64,000 nucleotides of DNA from Verrucomicrobiia bacterium (lineage in GTDB: Bacteria > Verrucomicrobiota > Verrucomicrobiia > Limisphaerales > Palsa-1400): NCBI GenBank assembly GCA_035551475.1, contig DASZMX010000133.1, positions 21,205-85,204 of the forward strand, given 5' to 3'. Below are positions 19,477 through 28,668 of the stretch, piece after piece. How positions within the stretch are numbered: position 1 is the stretch's first letter; every line of letters starts with the position of its first letter. The notes below the pieces were generated by a model. That model ran no database searches. It saw only the letters and a program-made list of their open reading frames with translations, and was not told where the DNA came from. The position numbers and the translations under genes were made by a program.

Positions 19477-20046
19477 TCAATGGGTGCGAATGAAAATGAA
19501 AATGAGGATCAGGATAAAGAGCGTCCAAGTGGAGAAAACCGACACTTGCAAAAAGCGGGTCTGAGTCAACTCCACGATGGCGCCCATCGGGCCCAGATCA
19601 AGTGGGCGCGGATCCATGCGCGCGAGCTGAAATTCCGGCCCGGCGCGCAGGTAGGCTTCGCGCATGGCGGTGACGAATTCCTCGGGCCACGGCCCTGGCG
19701 CCAGAAACTGGTCCTGCCAGCGCCCGGGCATGTCAGCGAGGATCAGCGCCAGCCGGCCGCGCGTCGGCAGCATATTCTTGGTTTCGGGCGTGGCGCCGAG
19801 AATCTCCTCAAACCACTTGATGATGAGCCGGTCCATTTCCTCCACGGCCAGCTCGGTCGGGGTCAGGTTGGGCTCGGCCGCGGCGCGTTCCATGGCGCGA
19901 TCAAGCACATGCAAGACGAGCTTGCCGAGAACGACTTTATTGCGCAATTGCAACGCGTAGAAGTAGCGCTCCACCTTTGCATAGGCGGCGTTCCATTCTC
20001 CCAGCGGACGGCCCCCCGCTCCTGCGCTCACGGGCAAGACGCTCAT
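19477..20046 (-). CDS. hypothetical tail-anchored protein encoded between opgG and opgH
   Basis: 189 aa from ATG 20046 (ATGA overlap with the opgG stop at 20043-20046). Soluble helical-looking body with a single C-terminal TM (VFSTWTLFILILIFIFI). No family recognised. Confidence 0.6.
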   Translation of the reverse strand: MSVLPVSAGAGGRPLGEWNAAYAKVERYFYALQLRNKVVLGKLVLHVLDRAMERAAAEPNLTPTELAVEEMDRLIIKWFEEILGATPETKNMLPTRGRLALILADMPGRWQDQFLAPGPWPEEFVTAMREAYLRAGPEFQLARMDPRPLDLGPMGAIVELTQTRFLQVSVFSTWTLFILILIFIFIRTH

Positions 20047-21617
20047 GGCTGATTCAGGAGGTCGGTCCATGTTTCAGTGACGGCTTTGTCGTGGCGCGTC
20101 AAGGTGCAACGGACATCAATGGGATTTTCATCTTTACGATCCAGCTTGAGCATCACGCGCCACGCGCTGGCGCCGGGAATTTTGAGCGCCTGGGTGTCGA
20201 TGATCACGCCGTTGTCGCTGCAACTGGCAATCACTTGCGGCGGATCCGCTTCGGACAAGGCGGCCAGCGCCGGACCGTCAAAATCAATGGCGATCTGGCG
20301 ACGATGGGCCGAAACCGTGTCGCCCCCCACGCGCGTATTGACAACCTTGTTGGTGGAAAGCTTCAAATCGGTTTCGCTGGTCCATTCTTGCGTGTAGCCG
20401 AAACGCAAAGGGCGCAGCGGGAGCGGCATTTGTTTCGGGCTCCAAAAAGCGACGATATTATCCAAGCCTTCGTAGCGGGTGCTCAACTCGACGAGGTTAA
20501 CTTCGCCTTCCCCCCAATTGCCGTGCGGCTGCACCCAAACGCTCGGGACGTGATGGTAAAAATTGAACAAGTCTTCGTAGGCGGCGAGATCGCGATTCCG
20601 CTGGAGCAGGCCAAATCCCACGAGATTCGTCGTGAAAAAGCGCTGGTGGATGAGGCGCGGCGGATTATCCAGCGGGCGCCAAAGCATTTCGCCATTGCCA
20701 AAACTCATGAGCAGCCCGTCGCTGTCATGCACCGCGGAGCGATAGTCGTTGAACCGCGCCTCTGAAGCCGGGCCAAACCAAAACATGCTGGTGAGCGGGG
20801 CCAGGCCAAGCGTGGCGGTGGGCAGGCGATTGGGGTCGGCGGCGTGAATGTTGACGCGTTCGCGCAGAAATAAAACGGCGTCGATGTCCGCCACGGTGGT
20901 TTCGCCAGGACGAATGCGAAACTCATAGGCCCCCGTGCAACTAACGCTGTCCAGCAGCGCGAAAAGGTGGAGCGGGTCGTCCTTGCCTTCGGGTTTGCCG
21001 AGCCACCAATCCGTGAAGATGGGAAATTCCTCCGAGCGATCTGATTCGCCGCAATCCAGCGCCAGGCCGCGCGCGGATTGACCGTAGCGCTGCCCCTTGC
21101 CCAGCAGCCGGTAATAGCTCGCGCCCAGAAAGGCGCCCAACTCATCCATGCGCCCGGGATCATTCAGCGCGCACAAGACCCGAAAACCGGCATAGCCGGT
21201 ATTGGCCGGAACCTGCTGTTTAAAGCGGTGGGCGCCGTAATCAAAAAAATCGGAAACGAACCGGATGTCCTGGACATGGCCGGGCACGAATTCATTCACG
21301 CGCACCGGTTCTTCATACAGATACCCGGGATGGAAAAACTCGACCATGTACGGCGATTTGCCGTCGTTCCACAGCGCGCGTTCCCGGCGGAAGCGAATTT
21401 CACGATAGGCGTCATAATCCAGCTTATCGGCCTTGAGGAATGCCGGGAGATCGGCCCGCGGCGAATGAAACGGGCGCCGGGCGCGATCGAGGGCGGCCTG
21501 GGCGACGTATTCGAGGTTAATATTCGCCGGGCGGATGGTCGCCAGCGTGGCGAGCGCGGTGGAGAAGAAGAGGATTCCCACCCGCAGTTGGAGTGAGCCA
21601 AAGTTGCGTTGATGCAT
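20043..21617 (-). CDS. opgG: periplasmic glucans biosynthesis protein (OpgG/OpgD, MdoG family)
   Basis: C-terminal 524 aa of the 777-aa track ORF, from ATG 21617: signal-like MHQRNFGSLQLRVGILFFSTALATLA, then LDYDAYREIRFRRERALW and FFHPGYLYEEPVRVNEF. The upstream 253 codons are antisense to the ABC ATPase gene and were rejected. Confidence 0.85.
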   Translation of the reverse strand: MHQRNFGSLQLRVGILFFSTALATLATIRPANINLEYVAQAALDRARRPFHSPRADLPAFLKADKLDYDAYREIRFRRERALWNDGKSPYMVEFFHPGYLYEEPVRVNEFVPGHVQDIRFVSDFFDYGAHRFKQQVPANTGYAGFRVLCALNDPGRMDELGAFLGASYYRLLGKGQRYGQSARGLALDCGESDRSEEFPIFTDWWLGKPEGKDDPLHLFALLDSVSCTGAYEFRIRPGETTVADIDAVLFLRERVNIHAADPNRLPTATLGLAPLTSMFWFGPASEARFNDYRSAVHDSDGLLMSFGNGEMLWRPLDNPPRLIHQRFFTTNLVGFGLLQRNRDLAAYEDLFNFYHHVPSVWVQPHGNWGEGEVNLVELSTRYEGLDNIVAFWSPKQMPLPLRPLRFGYTQEWTSETDLKLSTNKVVNTRVGGDTVSAHRRQIAIDFDGPALAALSEADPPQVIASCSDNGVIIDTQALKIPGASAWRVMLKLDRKDENPIDVRCTLTRHDKAVTETWTDLLNQP

Positions 21618-21740
21618 TCGTTGCAATCGTCGGCTGAGTATAAGACAAACCTGGGGTAAAATGCGAGCCTCGTTTGCTTGCCTTTGGATCGGACGCCGTT
21701 TCGACTGTGCAAACCAAGGCAGCGTGCTATTGTCCCGCGC

Positions 21741-22514
21741 ATGGACATACCGCCCCTCGCGCCCGCCATCCCCGCGCCGCTGATCGAGGTCCTTGGATTG
21801 ACAAAGCTCTACGGCGAATTCACCGCCGTGAAAGAATTGTCCTTCGCCGTGCGGCCGGGTGAAGTCATCGGTTTGGTGGGGCCCAATGGCGCCGGCAAAA
21901 CCACCACACTCCGCTGCCTGGCAGGCATCATCCCGCCGTCGCGCGGCGCCGTTAAAATTTGCGGTTTCGATCTCAGCCAGGCCCCCATCGAGGCCAAACG
22001 CCGGCTGGCGTTTTTCCCCGACGAGCCGCGCCTGTTCGAATATCTGACAGTCGAACAGCACCTGGCTTTCACCGCGCGGATTTATGGCGTGGCGGATTGG
22101 AAGGCGCGAAGCGGGCCGTTGCTCCAGGAATTGGAAATCGCAGATAAAGCGGACAAGCTGCCGGGGGAATTGTCGCGCGGCATGAAACAGAAACTGGCGA
22201 TTGCCTGCGGATTCCTGCATGCGCCGGAAGTGATTTTTCTGGATGAGCCGTTGACGGGATTGGATCCGATTGGAATTCGGCGGATGAAAAATTCCATTTT
22301 CCAGCGGGCCCAAAAGGGCGCGGCCATCCTGATCAGCTCGCATCTGCTCCATTTGCTGCAGGAGGTGTGTTCGCATGTGCTGATTTTGAAGCAGGGCGAA
22401 AAGGTGATCGATGGCACGCTCGAGGAAGTGCGCCAGCGCTATTCGGAAGCGGGCGCGGCCGATCTGGAAGAAGTCTTTTTCCGCGCGACCGGGGAAAGCG
22501 AGGCGAAGACGTGA
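21741..22514 (+). CDS. ABC transporter ATP-binding protein
   Basis: Start at ATG 21741 (MDIPPLAP...IEVLGLTKLYGEF). Walker A GPNGAGKTTTLRC, signature LSRGMKQK, Walker B VIFLDEPLTGLD. Confidence 0.85.
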   Translation: MDIPPLAPAIPAPLIEVLGLTKLYGEFTAVKELSFAVRPGEVIGLVGPNGAGKTTTLRCLAGIIPPSRGAVKICGFDLSQAPIEAKRRLAFFPDEPRLFEYLTVEQHLAFTARIYGVADWKARSGPLLQELEIADKADKLPGELSRGMKQKLAIACGFLHAPEVIFLDEPLTGLDPIGIRRMKNSIFQRAQKGAAILISSHLLHLLQEVCSHVLILKQGEKVIDGTLEEVRQRYSEAGAADLEEVFFRATGESEAKT

Positions 22515-24259
22515 TTGCGCAAGCGCTGTTCTTTTATCAATTCCACTCGATCAAGAACCGGCTGACGGCGCGGGTGCGCCGCATGAAAGAACCGCGTTAC
22601 TTGTTCGGCGCGGTGGCGGGAGCGGCGTATTTTTATTGGTTTTTCTTTCGCAATTTCAATCACGGCGACGGGCCGATGCGGCGGGCATTCTTCGGGGGCG
22701 ATCCCGAAATGCTCCAAGGCGTATATGCGCTGATATTGCTGGCGTGGGTTCTGTTGACATGGATTTTTCACCGCACCCGGGCAACCCTGGCCTTTACGGA
22801 ATCAGAGGTGGCATTTTTATTTCCAGCGCCGGTGACACGTGAGCAATTGCTCCATTTCAAACTGTTGCGTTCGCAATTCGCCATTCTTTCCAGTTCGCTT
22901 CTGATGGCTTTTTTGCGCTTCGGCGGAAGCCATTTTTGGATTTCGTGGCTGGGTTGGTGGATCATCCTGGCCACCCTCAACCTTCACATTCTGGGCAGTT
23001 CATTTGCCGTCACGATGTTGATGGATCGCGGCATTTCCAACGCGCGCCGGCGGATCATATCCCTGGCCGTCATCGTGGCGGCGGGCGCGGGCCTGGCTTG
23101 GTGGCTGCGCAATTCATTTCCGGCGCCACCGCTTGTTGAGCCCGGAGCCGATGCGGCAACGATTTTTGCGCACTATGTCAACTACGCGGTTAATTCAGGC
23201 CCCCTGCCCTATCTGCTTTTTCCGTTCAAGCTCCTGAGCGCGCCATTCCTGGCGCGTAACGCAGGCGAATTCATCGCCGCGCTGCCGGGGGCGCTGGCGA
23301 TCATGGGATTGCATTATCTTTGGGTGATGCGGGCCAATGTCGCGTTTGAAGAAGCCTCCGTGGACGCGGCGCGACGAACGGCGGAGCGCGTGGCGGCGAT
23401 TCGCTCGGGCAACTGGCAGGCAGCCAATCCCGCCAAAAAACCAGGCCGCTCGCCTTTTCGCTTGGACGGCGCCGGATTCCCAGCGATGGCGCTGATGTGG
23501 AAGAACGTCATTGCCGCCAGCAACATGATCACCATCCGTTTCTGGATTATGCTGGCATGGCTGACGGTGGTCAGCGGCTTCATTTTCCGGTCGCAAATTC
23601 ACAGCGGAGCCGCGCTGGCGCTTACCTCCATGATCGGATTGCTGCTCGGGTTTTCCGTGGCCATGGGGCCGAGCCTGCTCCGCAATGATTTTCGGCAGGA
23701 TCTGCCGGCGGCCGATCTTCTGAAGAGTTTTCCGCTGGCGGGCTGGGAAGTGGCGCTGGGCGAAGTGCTGGCCCCCGCCGCCATATTAACCGCCGCGCAA
23801 TGGCTGCTGCTCATTCTCGCGCTGGTATGCTGTCCGGGCCAATGGGACAAGCACGCGCTTCCCTTGGGAACCCGGGTGGGCTGCTTCGTGGCGGCTGCCC
23901 TGGTTTTGCCCGCCGTAAATTTCGCCAACTTGATTATTCGCAATACCGCCGCGCTTTTCGTGCCGGCCTGGTTTCAGCTTGGCAAAGACGGCCCGCGCGG
24001 CATTGAAAACACCGGCCAGCAGCTAATACTCGTCCTGGGCCAGACTCTCGCTCTGGCGCTGATGCTGATCGTCCCTGCGATAGCCTTTGCCGTGGTATGG
24101 TTTTCCACGTCGCTGTTCGTCGGCCCGCTCATTGCGCTCGCGTTGGGAGGATTGGCGGCGCTCGCGGCGCTCGGCGGGGAAGCGGCGCTGGGCCTGCGCC
24201 TCATGGGGTCCATGTTCGAACGTCTCGATCTGTCAAAAGAACAATTCTCCGCTGAATAA
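22511..24259 (+). CDS. large polytopic membrane protein, putative ABC-exporter permease partner
   Basis: 582 aa from GTG 22511 (GTGA overlap with the ATPase stop), with more than 10 hydrophobic segments. The N-terminus VIAQALFFYQFHSIKNRLTARVRRMKEPRY resembles the uncharacterised putative-ABC-exporter family. Confidence 0.6.
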   Translation: MIAQALFFYQFHSIKNRLTARVRRMKEPRYLFGAVAGAAYFYWFFFRNFNHGDGPMRRAFFGGDPEMLQGVYALILLAWVLLTWIFHRTRATLAFTESEVAFLFPAPVTREQLLHFKLLRSQFAILSSSLLMAFLRFGGSHFWISWLGWWIILATLNLHILGSSFAVTMLMDRGISNARRRIISLAVIVAAGAGLAWWLRNSFPAPPLVEPGADAATIFAHYVNYAVNSGPLPYLLFPFKLLSAPFLARNAGEFIAALPGALAIMGLHYLWVMRANVAFEEASVDAARRTAERVAAIRSGNWQAANPAKKPGRSPFRLDGAGFPAMALMWKNVIAASNMITIRFWIMLAWLTVVSGFIFRSQIHSGAALALTSMIGLLLGFSVAMGPSLLRNDFRQDLPAADLLKSFPLAGWEVALGEVLAPAAILTAAQWLLLILALVCCPGQWDKHALPLGTRVGCFVAAALVLPAVNFANLIIRNTAALFVPAWFQLGKDGPRGIENTGQQLILVLGQTLALALMLIVPAIAFAVVWFSTSLFVGPLIALALGGLAALAALGGEAALGLRLMGSMFERLDLSKEQFSAE

Positions 24260-24337
24260 TTTCAGGCAAAGCCTCAGCCGCTATCGCCAGCGGCTTGTGA
24301 TTGCCTTTTGCGAAGGGTTGGCGGATTGTCTGGGGCC

Positions 24338-25258
24338 ATGGCAGAAGCACAGAATCCGGCCCCGGCGCCGCTCTCGAAACGGGCGATTTTTTTTCGCCGG
24401 CTGCTCAGTTTTGTCATTCTCTGGACGGTTTTGCTGGGGGCGTTGTTCTCCGGGCAGAAGGTTCTGTCCGACTACGTGTTCATCGTCATCTTGCTGGCGC
24501 TGGCGGCGGCGGGCTTGATTGAGTTTTACGGGATGGTCAACAAGCTGGGCCTGGTCTGTTTTTCCAAATGGGGCATCGGGGCGGGCGCGCTGCTGCTCGG
24601 CGCAACGTTTTGTTATATCTCCGGCGAATTTGGGAAGGCCGCGCCACCCTCGCGCGTGAATGATTTTGAGACCAGCCTCTTCATTCTGTTCGTGTTGGGA
24701 TTGTGCATCAGGCAGTTCCTGGCCAAGCACAACACCGCGGGAATTGTCGCCATTTCCACCACGCTCTTCGGGCTGATGTATATTCCCTGGCTGCTGAACT
24801 TCATCCAAAAAATCAACTTTTTCGGACGCGGCGTGGAAGGAAATTATTATGTTCTCTATTTCGTGCTGGTGACGAAATTCAGCGATTGCGGCGCCTACGC
24901 GGTGGGCTCTCTCATTGGCAAGCACAAGATGATTCCGCGCATCAGCCCCGGCAAAACGTGGGAAGGATTTGGCGGCGCGATCCTGGTTTCGACGGGCGCC
25001 AGCGTGATCTTTTACATCGCGGCGCCGGGGCATTTGTTTGGCATGAAAATGCTGCACGCGCTCATTCTGGGTGTGATCCTCAGCACGGGTGCGGTGATCG
25101 GAGATCTGATCGAATCGCTGTTCAAGCGCGAAGCCGGCCTGAAGGACTCCGGTCATTTATTTCCGGGCATCGGCGGAATCCTCGACTTGCTGGACAGTTT
25201 GCTCTTCAATGCTCCTCTCATGTACCTCTATCTGCGGCATGTCTTAACCAGGCCATGA
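24338..25258 (+). CDS. cdsA: phosphatidate cytidylyltransferase
   Basis: SDCGAYAVGSLIGKHKMIPRISPGKTWEGFGGA signature; polytopic. Start moved to ATG 24338 (the track ORF begins at TTG 24308). Confidence 0.85.
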   Translation: MAEAQNPAPAPLSKRAIFFRRLLSFVILWTVLLGALFSGQKVLSDYVFIVILLALAAAGLIEFYGMVNKLGLVCFSKWGIGAGALLLGATFCYISGEFGKAAPPSRVNDFETSLFILFVLGLCIRQFLAKHNTAGIVAISTTLFGLMYIPWLLNFIQKINFFGRGVEGNYYVLYFVLVTKFSDCGAYAVGSLIGKHKMIPRISPGKTWEGFGGAILVSTGASVIFYIAAPGHLFGMKMLHALILGVILSTGAVIGDLIESLFKREAGLKDSGHLFPGIGGILDLLDSLLFNAPLMYLYLRHVLTRP

Positions 25259-26391
25259 AAAACGTCGTTCTTCTCGGCTCGACCGGCTCCATCGGCGTCA
25301 GCGCCACCAAAGTTGTCGATGATTTGCCCGGACAAATCCGACTTGTCGGGTTGGCTGCGGGCAACAACGCGGAGTTATTGCTTGCGCAAACTCACAAATA
25401 TCAGCCCGATTACATTTCCATTTCCGATCCGGCCAAGGTTGCCGAGCTGGAGCGCACGGTCGGCTTCAAGACCCGGGTCGGTTGCGGCGCGGCGGGATTG
25501 CTCGAATTGGCGACGCTGCCCTCGGCTGACATTGTGCTGATTGCCATCGTGGGCACGGCGGGATTGCAGCCGGCGCTGGCCGCCATCCGAGCCGGCAAGG
25601 ATATTGCCGTCGCCTCCAAGGAAATCCTCGTGATGGCGGGGGAAATCGTGATGCACGAAGCCCGCCGGCACGGTGTGCGCGTGCTGGCGGTGGATAGCGA
25701 GCATTCCGCCATCTTCCAATGCCTCGATGGCAAACCGCCCGCGTCAGTGCGGGCCTTGTGGTTGACAGCTTCGGGCGGCCCATTCCGCCAGACGCCCAAG
25801 GAAGAATTCACCGCCATCACGGTGGAGCGGGCCTTAAAACACCCCTCATGGGTGATGGGCCAGAAAATCACCATTGACTCAGCCACGCTGTTCAACAAAG
25901 GGCTGGAGATGATCGAAGCGCGCTGGCTCTTCGACATTGAGATGGACCGCGTCCGGGTGGTGGTGCATCCGCAAAGCGTGATTCATTCCATGGTGGAATT
26001 TGTGGACGGCTCCATGCTCGCGCAGATGTCCACCCCGGACATGTGTCTGCCCATCCAATACGCGCTCACCTACCCCGAGCGGCGACGCAGCGAGCGTGTG
26101 CAAACCAACTTGGCGCGACTGGGGCAACTGACCTTCGAGGAGCCGGATGAGGCGCGATTCCCGGCGTTGCAACTAGCGCGACGGGCCGGCGAGGTGGGAG
26201 GCACTCTTCCGGCGGTGTTGAACGCCGCGAACGAGGTGGCCGTCAGCGCCTTTGTGCAACGGCGGATTGGTTTTCCGCAAATTAGTGAAGTGGTCGGGTG
26301 TGTGATGGAGCGGCATGAAATCCAGGCGCAGCCGAGTCTGGAGCAAATTCTGGCGGCGGACGCGTGGGCGCGGAAGGAAGCCGCATGTTAA
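25255..26391 (+). CDS. dxr: 1-deoxy-D-xylulose 5-phosphate reductoisomerase
   Basis: MKNVVLLGSTGSIGVSATKVV N-terminus, LAVDSEHSAIFQCL and NKGLEMIEA. Start ATG 25255 forms an ATGA overlap with the cdsA stop. The 562-aa track ORF is an out-of-context N-terminal extension. Confidence 0.9.
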   Translation: MKNVVLLGSTGSIGVSATKVVDDLPGQIRLVGLAAGNNAELLLAQTHKYQPDYISISDPAKVAELERTVGFKTRVGCGAAGLLELATLPSADIVLIAIVGTAGLQPALAAIRAGKDIAVASKEILVMAGEIVMHEARRHGVRVLAVDSEHSAIFQCLDGKPPASVRALWLTASGGPFRQTPKEEFTAITVERALKHPSWVMGQKITIDSATLFNKGLEMIEARWLFDIEMDRVRVVVHPQSVIHSMVEFVDGSMLAQMSTPDMCLPIQYALTYPERRRSERVQTNLARLGQLTFEEPDEARFPALQLARRAGEVGGTLPAVLNAANEVAVSAFVQRRIGFPQISEVVGCVMERHEIQAQPSLEQILAADAWARKEAAC

Positions 26392-26445
26392 ACTGCTTGA
26401 AAACCCGCGAGAGTTCAGGCGAAATCAGCGCGGCTCTTTAGCTCT

Positions 26446-26913
26446 ATGAATCTTGGCGATATTCTGAATCTCGATAACATCATGCCGGAGTTGAAGGCAA
26501 CCAACCGGTGGGAAGCAATTGATGAGACGATCCAAAACCTTGTCAATACCAACAAGATCAAGCCAGAGCATCGGGAGGCCATCATCGCGGTGGTGAAAAA
26601 ACGGGAATCCTCCATGAGCACGGGCATCGGCTTCGGCATCGGCATTCCCCACGCCTCCACCGATCTTATCGGGAACGTCGTGGGCGTCCTCGGGCGTTCG
26701 ACCAAGGGCATTGATTTTGACGCGCTGGACAATCAACCCGTGAACCTGGTGATGCTGTTCCTCGTGCCCCAAGGCCAGTTTCAAAAACACCTGCATACGC
26801 TGGCCAGCATTGCCAAGCTGCTTCACATCAAAGAATTTCGCCAGGAGCTTGAGCAGGCGCCGGACGCCCAGGCAATGTTCGACATCATCAAAAAGTATTC
26901 CACGCCGAAATAG
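26446..26913 (+). CDS. PTS EIIA (fructose/nitrogen-regulatory PtsN type) domain protein
   Basis: 155 aa. ILNLDNIMPELKATNRWEAIDE and the phosphorylatable-His context GIGFGIGIPHAS are typical of EIIA-Ntr. Confidence 0.7.
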   Translation: MNLGDILNLDNIMPELKATNRWEAIDETIQNLVNTNKIKPEHREAIIAVVKKRESSMSTGIGFGIGIPHASTDLIGNVVGVLGRSTKGIDFDALDNQPVNLVMLFLVPQGQFQKHLHTLASIAKLLHIKEFRQELEQAPDAQAMFDIIKKYSTPK

Positions 26914-26935
26914 GCGGGGCTGAAAAATTCCTGCC

Positions 26936-28663
26936 GTGCTTCTTCGCCTTCTCCAGCGCCAATTGCGCCAGGCTGTGTCCGCCGTTCTGCCGGACGCCGA
27001 CCTTGCGTCGGTCCAGATGCGCCCCGCCGCGGAAGCGCGCTTCGGCGATTATCAAAGCAATGCGCTGATGGCGCTGGCCAAAGCGCGCAAGATGAATCCC
27101 CGCCAGCTCGCCACGGAAGTGGTCGCCAAGCTGGACGTGACTGCCTGGTGCGAGCCGGTGGAAATTGCCGGCGCGGGCTTTCTGAATTTTCGCCTGAAAA
27201 CCGAGGCTATCGTGGGAGCTTTGCGCGAGGCGGCCCAAGGCGGCCCTCTCTTTTTTGAAAAGGCAACGGCGCCGCGAACCATTATCGTTGACTTCAGTTC
27301 GCCGAACATCGCCAAGCCGATGCACGTGGGCCACATCCGCTCCACCGTGCTGGGCGATGCGCTGGCGCGCACCCTGCGGTTGCTGGGGCATCGCGTGATC
27401 ACGGACAATCACATCGGCGATTGGGGCACGCAATTTGGCAAATTGCTCGCCGGCTGGAAAACGATTTTGGATCGGGCGGCGTTGCAGGCGGACCCCATCG
27501 GCGAGATGGAGCGGATTTACAAACAGATCAATCAAGCCTGCGAGACGAATCCGGCCACGCTCGAAACGGCGCGCCAGGAGTTAGTGAAGCTCCAGGCGGG
27601 CGACGCCGAAAATCTGGGAATCTGGCGGGAAATGATCGCGTTGTCGGAGAGCCAGTTTGAGCGGATATACACACGGCTCGGCGTGAAGTTTGATTACACC
27701 TTGGGCGAAAGTTTTTACAATCCCCGTCTGCGCTCGACGGTGGACGAACTGGCGCAGAAAGGCATCGCCATCCAAAGCGAGGGCGCCCTGGTGGCGTTTT
27801 TTGCGGGGAACCCGGAACTCAAAGATCACCCGGCGATCGTGCAAAAAAGCGACGGCGGCTTTAATTATGCCACGACCGATCTGGCGACGTTGCAATACCG
27901 CGTGGAAGGCGGATCCTGGGGCGGTGCGCCGGACGAAATTATTTATGTGACAGGCGGTCCGCAGCAGCTTCATTTTAAGCAGGTCTTCGACATCTATCGA
28001 CGCTGGCATCCGGAGGTGCAGGCGCGGCTTGCGCACGTCTGGTTCGGCTCCGTGTTGGGCGAAGACGGCAAGCCTTTCAAGACCCGGTCCGGCGAAACTG
28101 TGCGCCTGGAGGATTTGCTGGACGAGGCGGAGGAGCGGGCGCTGCAAGTCGTGACGCAGAAAAACCCGGATTTATCCGAAAGCGAACGGAAGGAAATCGC
28201 GCGAGTTGTGGGATTGGGCGCGATCAAGTACGCGGATCTCGCGCAAAACCGGCAGAGCGATTACGTTTTTAGCTGGGACAAAATGCTCGCGCTGCAAGGA
28301 AACACGGCTCCCTATTTGTTATATTCCTATACACGGGTCAAAAGCATCTTTCGCAAGGACGGCGAACGGTCCGGCCCGTTGGCGAACTTGGTTTTGTCGG
28401 CGCCGGAAGAATTCGCGCTGGCGCGGCACATGCTGAATTTCGGGCTGGCGCTGGAAGCGACGGCAGAAGAGCACCGCCCCAATTACCTTTGCGCCTACCT
28501 TTTCGAGTTATCCGGACATTTCGCCCGGTTCTACGAGGCGTGTCCGGTGTTGAAGGCGGATGGCGCCGTCAAGCAATCCCGTTTGACCTTGTGTGATTTG
28601 ACCGCGCGTGTCTTGCGGCAGGGTTTGGAGGCCCTGGGCATCGAGACGACCGAGCAAATGTAA
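26936..28663 (+). CDS. argS: arginine--tRNA ligase
   Basis: 575 aa. HIGH-type motif SSPNIAKPMHVGHIRSTVLGD and the C-terminal anticodon-binding domain ending EQM. GTG start. Confidence 0.9.
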   Translation: MLLRLLQRQLRQAVSAVLPDADLASVQMRPAAEARFGDYQSNALMALAKARKMNPRQLATEVVAKLDVTAWCEPVEIAGAGFLNFRLKTEAIVGALREAAQGGPLFFEKATAPRTIIVDFSSPNIAKPMHVGHIRSTVLGDALARTLRLLGHRVITDNHIGDWGTQFGKLLAGWKTILDRAALQADPIGEMERIYKQINQACETNPATLETARQELVKLQAGDAENLGIWREMIALSESQFERIYTRLGVKFDYTLGESFYNPRLRSTVDELAQKGIAIQSEGALVAFFAGNPELKDHPAIVQKSDGGFNYATTDLATLQYRVEGGSWGGAPDEIIYVTGGPQQLHFKQVFDIYRRWHPEVQARLAHVWFGSVLGEDGKPFKTRSGETVRLEDLLDEAEERALQVVTQKNPDLSESERKEIARVVGLGAIKYADLAQNRQSDYVFSWDKMLALQGNTAPYLLYSYTRVKSIFRKDGERSGPLANLVLSAPEEFALARHMLNFGLALEATAEEHRPNYLCAYLFELSGHFARFYEACPVLKADGAVKQSRLTLCDLTARVLRQGLEALGIETTEQM

Positions 28664-28668
28664 CGCGC

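Noticed and set aside
19489-19505. Hexanucleotide tandem repeat AATGAA x2.8
   Set aside because: It lies inside coding sequence and encodes the IFIFI part of the C-terminal TM helix on the minus strand. It is too short to call a phase-variable SSR, and the unit length keeps the frame.
21618-22376. N-terminal 253 codons of the 777-aa track ORF (20043..22376)
   Set aside because: This part is antisense to the ABC ATPase gene and has no OpgG similarity. OpgG homology and a signal peptide begin at the internal ATG 21617.
24703-25254. N-terminal 184 codons of the 562-aa track ORF (24703..26391)
   Set aside because: It overlaps cdsA in another frame and is Arg/His-rich. The Dxr N-terminus MKNVVLLGSTGSIG starts at 25255 with an ATGA overlap.
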